This document shows, piece by piece, positions 1 through 12,790 of a stretch of 64,000 nt of DNA. A program made the translations under genes and the position numbers. Source of the stretch: Eukaryota sp. GEM-RC1 (taxonomy: Eukaryota); contig JAUFOQ010000016.1 of assembly GCA_040285855.1 (NCBI GenBank), positions 3,472,001-3,536,000 on the forward strand, in the 5' to 3' direction. Positions within the stretch are counted from its first letter, which is position 1; the number at the start of each line of letters is the position of its first letter. Under the pieces are notes generated by a model. That model did no database searches. It was not told the DNA's origin and saw only the letters and a program-made list of their open reading frames with translations.

Positions 1-465
1 CACGTTAATGCCAAAAATACCACTAAGTACCAATGTGATGTATGTCAGATGGTATGTCTTTCATCTACTAATTCAAGACTTGTGGATCGGCTTACGAACT
101 GAAACAACACAAACTCATCCATACTCCCAATGAGCATGAATGTGTGCACTGTTTGAGAGACCTAAGTACAAAAGGAAATCTTACGCACCATCTCAAAATA
201 TGCAAGGCAAAGAATGAGATGCAAGAAGATGTGTACAAGTGTGGTGTTCCAGGATGTGCACAAACAACCATTCGTATTGTTCTTCCTTATGCTAATTCCA
301 GGTCTTAGTGGTATGTGGGACCACCTCAATTTCAAGAAAACAGTATTTCTTTGTATTGTGCTTGATGACGTCACCCATTCTTACAATGAGAATGGTGTGG
401 AGACTCTTGACTGTGGATCTTTTGTTGTCAATATAATATCGGCCTCCACAAGTGCAAGTTTGTAA
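1..465 (+). CDS. C2H2 zinc-finger protein, 5'-partial, introns at 52-77 and 274-301
   Basis: Splicing the two GT-AG introns (each with CTAAT near the 3' end) gives YQCDVCQMTCGSAYELKQHKLIH...ECVHC...HHLKIC...YKCGVPGC...WDH; the C-terminus is uncertain. Confidence 0.75.
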
Positions 466-639
466 CTCACAGACATCCAATCAAGATATAAGGTAGTATC
501 TTCCACAACAAAACCAGATTCATCGATGATGTCAGAATCAAAGCTGTTCTTGAAATTCCTTTTTGTAATTGGGGAAAGCAAATTTTTTTACTAAAAAGAC
601 TAATCAAAATTTTCTTACTTAAAAGACTAATTTAAAAAA

Positions 640-1935
640 TTTTGAGATCTATACCTCCTGATATTTCAAGGGAAGTAGCTCAAAAATTCAATGAAATTAG
701 AGCTAAATTTTTGGGCAATCTTGTTGAAACTGATTCAACCAAACTTCCTTATCATGCATTCTTTTCTGCTTCTTTTGGTGGTGTTGGATTTTCTAGAGCG
801 GAGTATTTGTGTCAAAGTGCATATCTTGGTGGTTTGAAAAATTTTCTTTTCGAATTCCGTTTGAGATTTAGTGATGTGTTTTCACAAATAATCGCACAGA
901 ATTCTGTGTGGTTACGTCCTCTTGATTCTGTCATTCAAAACCTATCTGCTGACATTTGGAACAAGTGTTTTCCTAAGTCAATCTCTTCTATTCCTGATAG
1001 GTCAATCGAGTTTCTACATTTATCTGTGGTAAAATTGCAAAATTGTGTTTTACATGGCTTAGAAGACTTGGATTTTTCTAAACGTCTTAGTGTTAAGAAG
1101 GTAAATAATCCCGTCTTTGCTGCTTTTCTTTTGGATTTAAAAAACTGTTCATCGTTTATTACTCAACAGCCTAGACCTTATGGTCTTCATCTCAATAATG
1201 AGGCTTGGAAACTTAACATGCGTCTTCGCTTAGGTCTGTTTCCATCTGAATTGTTAGATAATACTGAGTGTTGTTGTGAAAAGAGACCCAAAGCTGACTT
1301 CAGACACATTGTTAGTTGCAAAAAATTTCTTCAGTTTAGATCGATTTTACACAATGCTGTTCGTGACGTTACGTATGAAATGTTTAAATGTCATGGGTTT
1401 AATGGGAAAATCGAACCTGTTCTTAAACATTATAGTGATGATAATATTACCAATTCTCGACGAGGTGATCTCATTGTTCCATATCTTGATTCTTGTCAAG
1501 CTGTGATAGATTTTACTACTGTTGATCCATGTGCTAAAGTATATTTGAATTCAGTTTCGAGTGATACTGAAAATCATTTATCCAAAGCTGAAAAAAGAAA
1601 AAATTAGTACATAATCTGACACTATGATCAAACTGAATTCCAATTTGTATTCTTCTTTTAAGTTCATTCCTTTTGCTATTTCAATTCTTGGTAATATTGG
1701 ATTTGTTTGCTGCTGAAAAAGTCTTTGATGCCTTTTCAAAGTTGTGCCGTGACCATAGGAAAAATTTTAATCAGTCTATTTGGCGCAATCGCATTGTTTT
1801 TTCCTTATATAGAAGTTTCCCAAAGTATTTGAATCGTATTCTGGACAAATTGTATCGTGGTAGTTCAAGAGTAGATGTGGATCATTTAATATCTTTTAAG
1901 TACTAGTTGTTTGTATTTCGTTAATTTATAACATA
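640..1935 (+). mobile_element. CRE-like RLE non-LTR retrotransposon, family A1, 5'-truncated
   Basis: ORFs 642-1607 and 1673-1906: GGVGF, MRLRLG, CxC..H...C, RRGDL, DFTTVD, AEKRK. Confidence 0.85.
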
Positions 1936-1944
1936 TTGCTAACA

Positions 1945-2632
1945 TTTTGCTAAATAATTCAATCTGTGTTTGCGATAACCGATCTGCAGCCACATTTCGT
2001 CATGTTGTTAGTTGCAAGAAATTTTTGCAATTTCGATCTGTTCTACATAACGCTGTTCGTGACGTTACTTATGAAATGTTCAAATCCTACAATTATAGTT
2101 GTAAAATTGAACCTCTTCTGAAACATTATAGTGACAATAACGTGTTTGATTCTCGGCGAGGTGACTTAATTGCTCCTTTCCTGGATTCATCTCAAGTTGT
2201 GGTTGATTTTACTACAGTTGACCCGTTTGCAAAAGTCTACCAAGACTCCACATTGAATGATTCGAATGGTCATCTGGAAAAAGCTGAACAACGAAAGTGT
2301 TCAAATTATGCGGATGCTTTACAGAAGCTTAATGAAAATCTATATTCTAAGTTTTCATTTGTTCCATTTGCCATTTCAATTTTTGGTAATATTGGTCCAG
2401 CCGGTTTAAAGTTTTTCAGCGATTTTAGTCTTTTATGTCGTTCTAATGCCAAGGTGTTTAATAGCGCTGTATGGATTAATCGAATTATGTTCGCTTTTTA
2501 TAGAAGCATTCCCAAGTATTTATGTTCCATTTATTCGAAGTTGTATAGGGACAATTCTCGGGTTGATGTGGAGAATTTAACTTCTTTCATTTTCTGAATT
2601 AGTATGTATTAATTTATTGTTGCAAATAAACT
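1945..2632 (+). mobile_element. CRE-like RLE non-LTR retrotransposon, family A2, 3' part
   Basis: ORF 1947-2597 with RRGDL/VDFTTVD/AEQRK/FVPFAIS; ends in AATAAA; near-identical copy at 62040-63060. Confidence 0.85.
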
Positions 2633-3550
2633 CTTATACATAAAATTTATTCTTTTAAAAAAAATTTAAAAACATTAAAATATATTATCTTATCACATAT
2701 GGTGGAAATTACTGCCACCATGAAGGACAATGATGTATAAATGAAAGGTGAGAATACAGAGAAAGAGAGAAGTGTATGATCAAGGGAAGAGGATCAAGAG
2801 CTATGGATGTTATCAACACTTCAGATATATTTGTGAGTGGAGTTTTGATTCTTTGTGCTGCTCTTGTTATTTTCTCTATTGCTTTATGTCTACAAAGTTA
2901 AGGGAAAGGTTGACCCTGTGTCAAAATACCGCTAGTATTTGTGACCAAGAGAAAGCTGTAATGGTGACGTGTATCAAGAGCTTCGAGGATGTAAGGGAAA
3001 TAGCGGTTGATAACAAGAGCTATTAATTCTGTGATAAGCTGAAACATAAAGTTCCTTAAACGATTGTGCACAGATTTCTTCAGACATCTACAGTGTATCT
3101 ACAGCCAATGTATCTATTGTACTTTCCAGTTTCAATGTGAACATTTATTAAACAAAAGACTCCACCGCAGAGGGACTTCAACTCTGCTGTCTAGCACGGA
3201 AACCAATGTTTGGTAACATTTTGAAACATACCTGAAAAATACAGTCTTATTGTGTTTTTGAGTTATGTATTATTTGTATTTTTGTATTGTATCAAATCGT
3301 CTCCTGTATTGTATTTTTTTAATTTTTATAAGACGTGCATTTTTGATACTGGAACTGAAAGACTGATACCTTGTAGTGTCGATGTTGCTTTTTGTTTCCA
3401 AATTACAATAAGCTACACCTATTTGTCATCTCAATAACAAGGACGGAAACATCAAACGAATAAGCAAATGTAATCTTTTGTTGCAGATAAAGTATAATTT
3501 AACAAATTTATGTAAAATGTAGATCGAAAATACAAAAGAATCACAAATCC

Positions 3551-4205
3551 TTATTCGATACCCAATAAGGTAACCTTCCTACATAACTATGAAATTATAA
3601 AAACAAACAAATAATACTAAGATTAAATCCAAACGACTTCATCACCACCCGGTAAAAGATTACGTTTTCCAACATTAACCTTTTTTTTTGTATTTTGGTG
3701 TATTTTATAGAACAAAAACACTAAAGTAAACACAAATACTAAAACTCAATATCATTAAAGCAACAATCATTGCCATTAAAACTCACATCAGCTTTTTCTT
3801 CATAAAAAACACTGAGAGCTAATAGAGCTAACATTAACCTTCGCACCAAACTTGTACAATTTCTCAATTAATCGAGAGAAATAGAAATGCATATTCCGAT
3901 ATATGGAAAACACTATACGGTTTTTCCATTCAGCCATTCTATACTTACGCTTCTGTTCTTTACACAATTCTTCGAAATCCTTGAAAAATTGATCACCAGC
4001 AGGACTGATAGATCCAAAAGAGAAACATCAAAAGGTTGAAAGAAACACAAATTTGGAATATGAGTTTCGATTTAACTCTTCGACTTGATAGTCATACTTA
4101 GAGTGTTTGAGCTTTTCAGCAGCTGTTAACGGATTAAAAGAAGAATCTAATATCCTGCTAACACAAGATTTGTTACAAACATCTACTGTAGTAAAATCCA
4201 TTAAT
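3551..4205 (-). mobile_element. Family B 3' fragment interrupted by a family C fragment (3683-3829)
   Basis: Matches 5285-5785; the C insert is flanked by a 12-bp TSD AACATTAACCTT and has an A-rich tail. Confidence 0.8.
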
Positions 4206-4404
4206 AAAAGAATGCAAACCTTTACCCTCAAGTTTCTCTACTCTCAGGTAACTCCATATCAACCCTTGATTTTATACTCTTGAAGTTACTTTTGGAAACT
4301 CACAAATATTTTTGAAAGCTTGGATTATCGTACAAAAATTAAGTGACCATTAAGTGACAGTACTTTGTATTTTTTCCTTTTTCAGCCACTTCAAGAGCAG
4401 ATAT

Positions 4405-4665
4405 TTATTGACAACAACAGTGTACATACATCTAATCATCAATATCCTCAAAGTCCAGATTGCCTAACTGGAAATTTTCTCCTACCTTATCCTCATAAGG
4501 TTTGCCAAGAGATAATAAAGCGCTAGATACAGAAGTCACCATACCTTTAAAGATAGCAAACACGATTCGATTTTTCCAAAATCTAAGATCAAAAGTCCTA
4601 GATGTTTTTCCTTTTACAATCTTCACAAAGATTTCAAGTAATGATGTTGCAGATTCACCTAAAGA
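4405..4665 (-). mobile_element. Family D 3' fragment
   Basis: WKNRIVFAIFKGMV...FEDIDD; matches 55060-55330. Confidence 0.8.
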
Positions 4666-4669
4666 AGCT

Positions 4670-5232
4670 GAATCTCAGTTATTGACAATTTGGATTTGGA
4701 TAATTGGAAGATCTGTTTTCCTTCTCATTTACCAAGTATTCCTGGAAAATCTCCATTGTCTCTCCCTTTGTGTGTGGTTAAACTTCCAAATATGCTTTTG
4801 AAGGCATTTAAAACCTGGATTTTGAAAATCGTTTTAGTGTTACAAAAATATATAATCCCGTTTTTGCTGCTTTCTTAAAGGATATTGAGAATTCATCTTG
4901 TTTGATTACTCAACAACCACGTCCTTTTGGTTTGTATTTGTCTGTTGAGGCCTGGAAATTAAACATACGATTTACGTTTAGGTTTGTTTCTTGCAGAATT
5001 GCTGGACAATTCTGAATGTGTTTGTTGTCGTCATCGTATTGCAACTTTTAGACATGTAATTAATTGTCCCAAATTTATTGAATTTCTTCAGAATGCTGTT
5101 AGAGATGTTACATTTGAAACGTTTGAAGCTCATGGATTTCATGCCAAAGTAGAACTCTTTTTCAGTAAGTTTGATCTTGATTTAATTACCAATTTTCGTC
5201 AAGGCGACTTACATGGTCCCTTTATTGGTACA
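4670..5232 (+). mobile_element. Degenerate RLE retrotransposon fragment (A1-related family)
   Basis: ECVCC..FRHVINC..NAVRDVTFE..RQGDLH. Confidence 0.7.
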
Positions 5233-5282
5233 TAAAGAATAAAATAAGAGGCAACCTAAATATAGAACTAAATATACATAAA

Positions 5283-7460
5283 TGAGAGAGATGTTTATTC
5301 GGCACCCAATAAGGTAACCTTTCTACAAACTATGAAATTGTAAAAACAAACAAATAATACTAAGATTAAATCCAAACGACTTCATCACCACCCAGTAAAA
5401 GATTACGTTTATCTACATGAACCTTCACACCAAACTTGTACAATTTCTCAATTAATCTAGAGAAATAGAAAGGCATATTCCGATATATGGAAAACACTAT
5501 ACGGTTTTTCCATTCAGCCATTCTAAACTTACGCTTCTTTTCTTTACACAATTCTTCGAAATCCTTGAAAAATTGATCACCAGCAGGACTAATAGATCCA
5601 AAAGAGAAACAGCAAAAGGTTGAAACACAAATTTGGAATATGAGTTTCTATTTAATTCTTCTACTTGAGAGTCATACTTGGTGTGTTTGAGCTTTTCAGC
5701 TGCTGTTAATGGATTAAAAGAAGAATCTAATATCCTACTAACACAAGATTTGTTACATACATCTACTGTAGTAAAATCCATTAATGCTTGACTCGATTTA
5801 AGCCACGGAGTATGTAGATCCCCTCGTTTTTGATCAGTAAATTCATTTTCTGAAAGATGATTCAAAACTGGTTCAACTTTAGAGTGAAAACCATGTGCTT
5901 TAAACATGGAATAACAAGAATCACGTACACCATCATGAATTACTGCACGGAGATGAATAAAATAACGACAATTAATTAAATGACGAAAAACACCATTAGC
6001 TCCACAAGAGAACGTTGAATAGTTTAATAAATTTGCAGGCCAAATAGCCAAACGAAGACGCATATTGATCATCCAAGCTTCATCAGATAGATGTAATCCA
6101 TACACCTTTGGAATTTGAGAAATAAATCCAGAAGGTCCACTATTACAAAGATCGATTAAAAAAGCAGCGAACTCGGGACTATTAGTTTTAGCCAAGCTAA
6201 TACGATTATTAAAGTCCAAGAGTTCAAACTCCTTGTCAATTTATTTTGCAGCTTACATACAGCAGATGGTAGAGATGAAATATTTTTTAAAGGAGTCTCC
6301 TTCAAATGAGCAGGGAACAAAGATTCCCACATTTCAGGAGACAAAGATGATAACAAATCTTTAGCAGATTGAATCCAACGGCAATTACTGGAATTCAACA
6401 GATTGATTCCATCCAAGGGAAACCGTTTCAAAAATTCAAACATAAAATTCTTAACACCTCCTAAAAGAGCAGATTTTCTAATGATTTTTGCATGGGTGAA
6501 ACCTACTCCTGCGAATTCAGAAGAATAAAAAGCATGAAATGGAATCTTAGACTCATCAATTTCAGCCAAGTTAGAGAGAAAATTTGTTCTAATAGAATTA
6601 AATTTCTTGGCAAATGTTTCAGTAAGGGAATAGTCTAATGAACGTAAAAAATGATTAATTTTCCCGGAAAAACAGACCTGAAGCATAGCAAAGGAAACAT
6701 GTTTGCTCACATCTAAAGATAATATTTGATTTAGTTTTTCTTCAATTGTAGTTAATGAACTCTCCAATTCTGAATGAATTTTCTCATAATTTCCCAAAAA
6801 CGTGCCAAGGAAACGAAAACATTGAGTAGAATAATCGATGATAGGAATATTACAAAAACCAAGATTAGAAACATTCGAAGACTTAACAACAAGAAAACAC
6901 TTATCAAAATTGATTGTTAAACCAATACTCAAAGAAAGTTCGATGAAACGTGAAAAACACTTTTTGAGAACGTCAACTGGAGCGATCAGCGAAGAATCAT
7001 CAGCATAAGCACAAATTTTAACAGTTGGAAATTCTAATTGTAAGATTTTAAATAATTTTTGCAGAGCGAGACAAAACAAAAAAGGACCCAAAGGATCACC
7101 TTGCTTAACCCCTCTAGTTGATTTAATATCAAACTTGTCATAAATTAAATTCGACGCTTTACCATAAAAAATATTAAAATAGGGAATCAACTGAGGAAAA
7201 AATTTAGAAAGTTCGTCAGATATAGTTGATCTTAAAACACAATTAAATGCATTTTTAAAATCAATGTTCAAAATGGCATTTTCCTCATTTGAATGAAAAA
7301 GAAAATCAGAGGTTAAAGCAGCACACGTAGTACCATCAGGAACTCCAACTGCAAATTGAAACGGTCTAAAGAATTCAACAGAGGAATCTCTGACTCTCCT
7401 AAAGCACAAAGTTGAAAAAATACGAGAAATTGTTTCACCCACTGCAATTGGTCTCACACC
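5283..7460 (-). mobile_element. Family B CRE-like retrotransposon, longest copy (RT + RLE, frameshifted)
   Basis: RPIAVGE, IDFKNAFN, GVKQGDPLGP, YADD, FLG; then MRLRL, KRGDL, MDFTTVD, AEKLK; 3' end AATAAACATCTCTCTC. Confidence 0.92.
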
Positions 7461-7659
7461 AAAATAAATGCACAATACTGACTAAATGCACAAAAGACAA
7501 ACACGGCAATTTTTGATGACGTTTGGAGTTTCCTTCTCAACCATTTCTCTAATTCTTCTTCTACAGTTGGACTTTCTCAATGTCTGTCCCCACTTAGCAA
7601 CTGTTCCTCCCTTGTTTGTGTTTGATACTAAAGACGAGCTGCGGACTTTGTGAGGCAAC

Positions 7660-7950
7660 AGGACCCAATAGACGAAGTTCCCCTCAAAAAAATGATGTCC
7701 CTGAACCTGCTAGACAAGTTGCAAGACTATGGTGTAGCTAGAGTTTAATGTCACTTCTTTTCTTCCAGTTCAAATAACAACTTCTCTGTTATTCTATGTA
7801 ACCATAACACACACTTCATTCAGAGATGAGATTCTACCTGCCATTTTGCTGTGGGAAAGTGTTGTCAATCACAGATTTATGACCGTATGTTGTATTTTTG
7901 TCTTTTGTATATTTATTCATTTTCTATATTTAGTTGTATATTTAGGTTGC
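7660..7950 (+). repeat. Unclassified interspersed repeat (family G)
   Basis: Reverse copy at 38845-39230 and a terminal piece at 5247-5282, all ending at TATATTTAGGTTGCC(TCT). Confidence 0.7.
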
Positions 7951-9547
7951 CGGTTCTTCTGTTGCTGCCTTAACATCAGATTTGTTTTTTAATTCACATG
8001 ATGATAATTTCATCTTTAATCTTGATTTCAAAAATGCTCTTAATTCAGTTAGTCGTAAATCTGTTTTTGCTGCTATTGAAAAAGACTTTCCTGAGTTGAC
8101 GTCCTACTTTTATTTATTTCATGGAAAACCAAGCCATTCAATTTATGATTCATATTCATTGAAATCGAAATCTATGTCTGGTGTTAAACAAGGAGATCCT
8201 CTTGGTCCTCTATTCTTTTGTTTGGCTATTCATGATTCGCTTTTGTGTATTTTAAAAAAATACCCAGACCTTAAGATAGTTGGCTATATGGATGATATTT
8301 CTATTATTGGTCCCCTTGAATTGTTAAAAAAGATCGCTGTGGAAGTGGCTGATATTTATGAAACATTGGGTTTATCTCTGAACCCAGACAAATGTTTATT
8401 AATTGGTAGATCTACACAAGAATTATTTATTAATGGAGTTCAGATTCCATTTATCAATTATGTTGGAGACGCCTTTCGTTTTCTAGGATGTTGGCTTGGG
8501 AATGTTTCTAAAATTTCTCAAGAATTATCTAATTGTTTGGAAAAAATTGGTTCAGAACTCAACACAATTGCTTCATATGATATTGAAAAACATATCAAGT
8601 TTTTTATTTTAAAAATTTGCTACTCCGGAAAAATCACACATATTTTGAGATCTACTGCTCCTTCAATCGCTCTGAACTTTTGCAGATCTTTTAACGAGTT
8701 GAGGATTAATTTTTTTGCTTCATTGTTAGAAGTTGATTCAAGGTTACTTAGAAGTCATTTGTTTACTTCTGCTCATTTTGGTGGTAGTGGTTTTACCAAA
8801 TCTTCAATTCTTTGCAAATCTGCTTTTTTTAGTCGGTGGAAAATATTTCATCTTTGAATTTGTTAATCGATTTCTTAATGATATTTCACTTATTAACCCC
8901 ATTTCATGTAACTCTTTATTTGACTTAAATGAAGCGTTAATCAAATTACCTTTTGACGTTTGGTCTCAATGTTTCCTAGAATCTGTGTCTGAAATACCTG
9001 AAAGATGTTTGACTAGTCTTCAGTTCTGTCTGAAAAAATTTCAACAGAAACTCTCAACTATTTTTGAAAGCTTGAATTATAATGTTCGACTTGGCATGGT
9101 CATCGAAAAAATCCCGCTTTTGCAAATTTCTTAACGGATGTTTCTAATAGCTCTGCTTCACGTCTGATTACTCAAATCCCTCAAGTTTACGGTCTTTTTC
9201 TTGATGATAACTCTTGGTCATTAAACATGCGTTTAAGGTCATTTATTTGGCCTGATAACCTTCCACATAATTTGAAATGCCAATGTGGGCAATCTGTAAC
9301 ACCTACACATTTATTGCATTGTAACCGTTTATTTTTTTTTAGAAGTAAGGTTCATGATTCAGTAAGGGATCAATTATATTTTATGTGTAAATCTTATGAA
9401 ATAGTTTCCTTTTTAGAACCAGTTCTGGCCGGTTTGTTTGATGATACAGATGTTGACAATTTGTTTGGAAATAGCCCTGGTGATGTCATATTTCCTGGTC
9501 TTGATGGATCTTTCATTATTGCTGATGTTATGTCTATTGATGTTTGT
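7951..9547 (+). mobile_element. Family D CRE-like retrotransposon, RT plus partial RLE, frameshifted
   Basis: LDFKNALN, GVKQGDPLGP, YMDD, FLG, MRLR, CQCG..HLLHC, GDV. Confidence 0.9.
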
Positions 9548-9599
9548 TTTTTTCCCAATATAAAGAATACCTAATAAAAAAAGATTTTTAAAAAAAGAA

Positions 9600-10375
9600 C
9601 ATTCAGACTTCGATGTTTCTTGTGGCCCTCTAATTTACCCAATGATCTTCAATGCAAATGTGGTAAATTAGTTACTTTTTCTCACCTTTTGAGTTGCAAT
9701 CGTTTCATTACTTATAGAACTTGTATTCATGATGCTGTTAGAGATCAAATTCATGCAATGTGTAAGTCCTACAAAATCGAATCTTTCGTTGAGCCACTGT
9801 TGAGATCACTGGAAATCAATAATTCAAAAAATAGTGATTCTGATAAGACTTTTGGTAAACGAAGAGCTGATGTTATAGTTCCATCAGTTAATGATGAACT
9901 AACCGTTGTTGATGTGATTACTGTGGATGTTTGCAAAAAAGTGCATTCAAGGATGCTAAAACTGAAGTTTCGCCACTGACTTCTTCAGAACAATACAAGA
10001 GAAACAAATATGATGAACTACTGACTGCTCTCAAACATATTAGACATGTTGAGTACAAATTATGTCCTTTTGCAATTTCAATTTATGGTCGACTTGGTAG
10101 AGATGCTCTTTGTTTTCTCTCTGATTTTGAGAAAGTGGTCAAAAAAGAATGAACAAGAAATTTGATTTCAAATTTTGGTTGAATCGTATTGTTTTTACAA
10201 TATTTAAAACAATTCCTATCATGATTTCAAAAGCTCTATTAGCTCTCAGTGTTTTTTATGAAGAAAAAGCTGATGTGAGTTTTAATGGCAATGATTGTTG
10301 CTTTAATGATATTGAATTCTAGTATTTGTGTTTATTTTAATGTTTTTAATAAAGGGGATGTATGAAAATAAAAAT
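9600..10375 (+). mobile_element. Family C retrotransposon 3' part
   Basis: CKCG..HLLSC, RRADV, VVDVITVD, PFAISIYG; ends FNDIEF*. Confidence 0.85.
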
Positions 10376-10672
10376 AAAAAAAAGAAGAAGTTACTTTTCA
10401 TTATTTCCAGGAGTTTTCTGGAGTTTTTTAATATCAAGAAGCGGAGAGAGCTGGTGTCAAATGATGTGTCAAAGAAAAAGAAGAATGTTGCGTGTACACT
10501 ACTACACCTGCAAGTAGCATTGTCTTCATTTTGATTCGAAATTGCCACGTCATTGTATCTGTATTTCTTTGTATTTTTTGTTGTATTGTATTTTTTGTAT
10601 TGTATCAGATCAAAGTGGGTGTATTTTTCAGGTTTGTTTTGAAACTATACTGACAAACAAATGGATGCGTAC

Positions 10673-11286
10673 CAGGGGTGTGAAAATATTTATTTAAATA
10701 TATTGTTTATTGTTTTCGATAAAAATAAATATATTTATATATTGTCAATAAATGTTGGTTAATATATTTAGTTTCTATGTGTCAATAATCAGACAAGAAC
10801 AGCTCTAACATTTTTTATGATATATCAAATGTATCTCAGACTCGTTCTCGTCCTACAGGAGCTCAATAGATTGTGTAGTGAATAAGACTCTGATTGAAGA
10901 TACATCTTTGGAGTAACGTCAATTGCACAACCACAGAACAGTTTGGGTTTCCGTCGTATTGAGCAGGACAAATCGTGTCAAGTACAGATTTGAAAAGTAG
11001 TGGGTAACAATTTCCTTAGGTTCAGACTTAAAGAAGACTCAGATAAAACTGTATCGTGCTCAGCAACCTCCAATCGATCACTTTACACTGTATTTCTTCA
11101 AAAATGGCACAATGTATTACTGTAAAAACAGACAAAAAGGACACCAATATATTTAAATATATTGTAATAATATTGTGTATTGTTTCGACCAACAGTAAAT
11201 ATATCGTCGGTAACTCACAGAACAATAAATAAATAAATAGATATTTATTGCAAAATACAATATAAATATATTTTTTCTCACCCCTG
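10673..11286. mobile_element. Non-autonomous hAT element (MITE)
   Basis: TIRs CAGGGGTG(T/A)GAAAA; TSD ATGCGTAC / ATACGTAC (1 mismatch). Confidence 0.8.
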
Positions 11287-11904
11287 ATACGTACATGTAA
11301 TTAACTGGAAGCCATCACCTCCTTTCTTCTCTTCTTCTTTGTTTCATGATTCACAAACCTTAAGCAGTCATACCATCGCCTCTCTTGATCACTCTCAATA
11401 TGACTCCTCTACTTCTCTTAAAATTCTTACTTCTGGTCTCTCGAAAGCAATGTGCTACATAAACATACACTCCCCTAAGTCTTCTGATACTCTGTATGGC
11501 AGTACCCCTTCTTTCTGCCACTCATTTCTCTACTAGTGTTCAAAGTTTCACTACTTTTCACTTTCCAAGCGGATTGGAAAAATATTAGAAAGAACATTTT
11601 CTAATCCATAACAAGAACATAAGACAAGAAACCGCTCTTAAGGATGAGCGAATTGATTTATATATTTCGTCAATAGGGAATCCATTCTTTAATCCAGAAG
11701 TCCAAGTCTTTTATTATTTATAAAGTTATATATTTTCTAATTTAAATGTGAACTAAATATCTTCTGGAAAATGATTAAAATGCACACTATTGTAATCTTG
11801 CGTTACCACATGATCTCAATCAGTGTCTGATCATCACTTCATATTTGTTTCTGAAGTCGTGTACTTCTTCCTTCTGAAACATCAATTGTTTAATTACTGG
11901 TCGC

Positions 11905-12765
11905 ATAGAAGGATCGTGGTTTAGATACTTTAGTTAGTGTCAGTTAGTTAATAACTTCTGCAAATGCATTTATTTCACTGATTGATCATAAACCCCGGTT
12001 TTTTATAGTTCACTGTTGAGATCACTGGAAATCAATAATTCAAAAAAATAGAGATTCTGATAAGACTTTTGGTAAAAGAAGAGCTAATGTTATAGTTCCG
12101 TCAGTCAATGATGAACTAACCGTTGTTGATGTGATTACTGTGGATGTTTGCAAAAAAAGTGCATTCAAGGATGCTAAAAATGAAGTTTCTCCACTAAATT
12201 CTTCAGAACAATACAAGAGAAACAAATATGATGAACCACTGACTGCTCTTAAACATATTAGACAAGTTGAGTACAAATTATGTCCTTTTGCAATTTCAAC
12301 TTATGGAGATGCTCTTTGTTTTCTCTCTGATTTTGAGAAAGTGGTCAAGAAAAGAACGAACAAGAAATTTGATTTCAAATTTTGGTTTAATCGTATTGTT
12401 TTTACGATATTTAAAATGATTGTTGCTTTAATGATATTGAGTTCCAGTATTTGTGTTTATTTTAGTGTTTTTATACATTAAATCTAATATCAGAGAGAGA
12501 TGTTTATTCGGCACCCAATAAGGTAACCTTCCTACAAACTATGAAATTGTAAAAACAAACAAATCTAATATCTGTTTGTGATTCCAATGTTAAAAGGAGT
12601 ATGACGTCATTTTGGAAAACCACGTCCAAATTATTCGATTGAACAAAAACTAAAACTCAATATTATTAAGCGTCGTTCAATGCTATTTAATTTCACAGAA
12701 GCGTTTTCTTCATAGACAACCCTAAGAGCTAAAAGAACTTTCGAGATCATAACAAGAAGTGTATT
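11905..12765. mobile_element. Cluster of retroelement 3' fragments (E, C, a 69-bp B insertion, C-like)
   Basis: Matches to other copies; B insert 12492-12560 has a 12-bp TSD AAATCTAATATC. Confidence 0.8.
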
Positions 12766-12790
12766 AAGACTAAAATTCAAAAACTAATAA

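Larger units (their letters stand above)
3227..10636. mobile_element. hAT-type TIR element shell enclosing a retrotransposon nest
   Basis: TIRs CATACCTGAAAAATAC / GTATTTTTCAGGTTTG (1 mismatch); 8-bp TSD TTTTGAAA at 3219-3226 and 10637-10644; GTATTTT subterminal tracts at both ends. Confidence 0.75.

Noticed and set aside
2700..3060. Purine-rich ORF-like stretch (also 11320-11560)
   Set aside because: Short, interrupted and without a recognisable motif
5283..5345. Recurrent B or E terminal motifs as snRNA, spliced-leader or ribozyme genes
   Set aside because: They are attached to element 3' ends or flanked by TSDs; I recognised no Sm site or ribozyme core by eye (an Rfam search was not possible)
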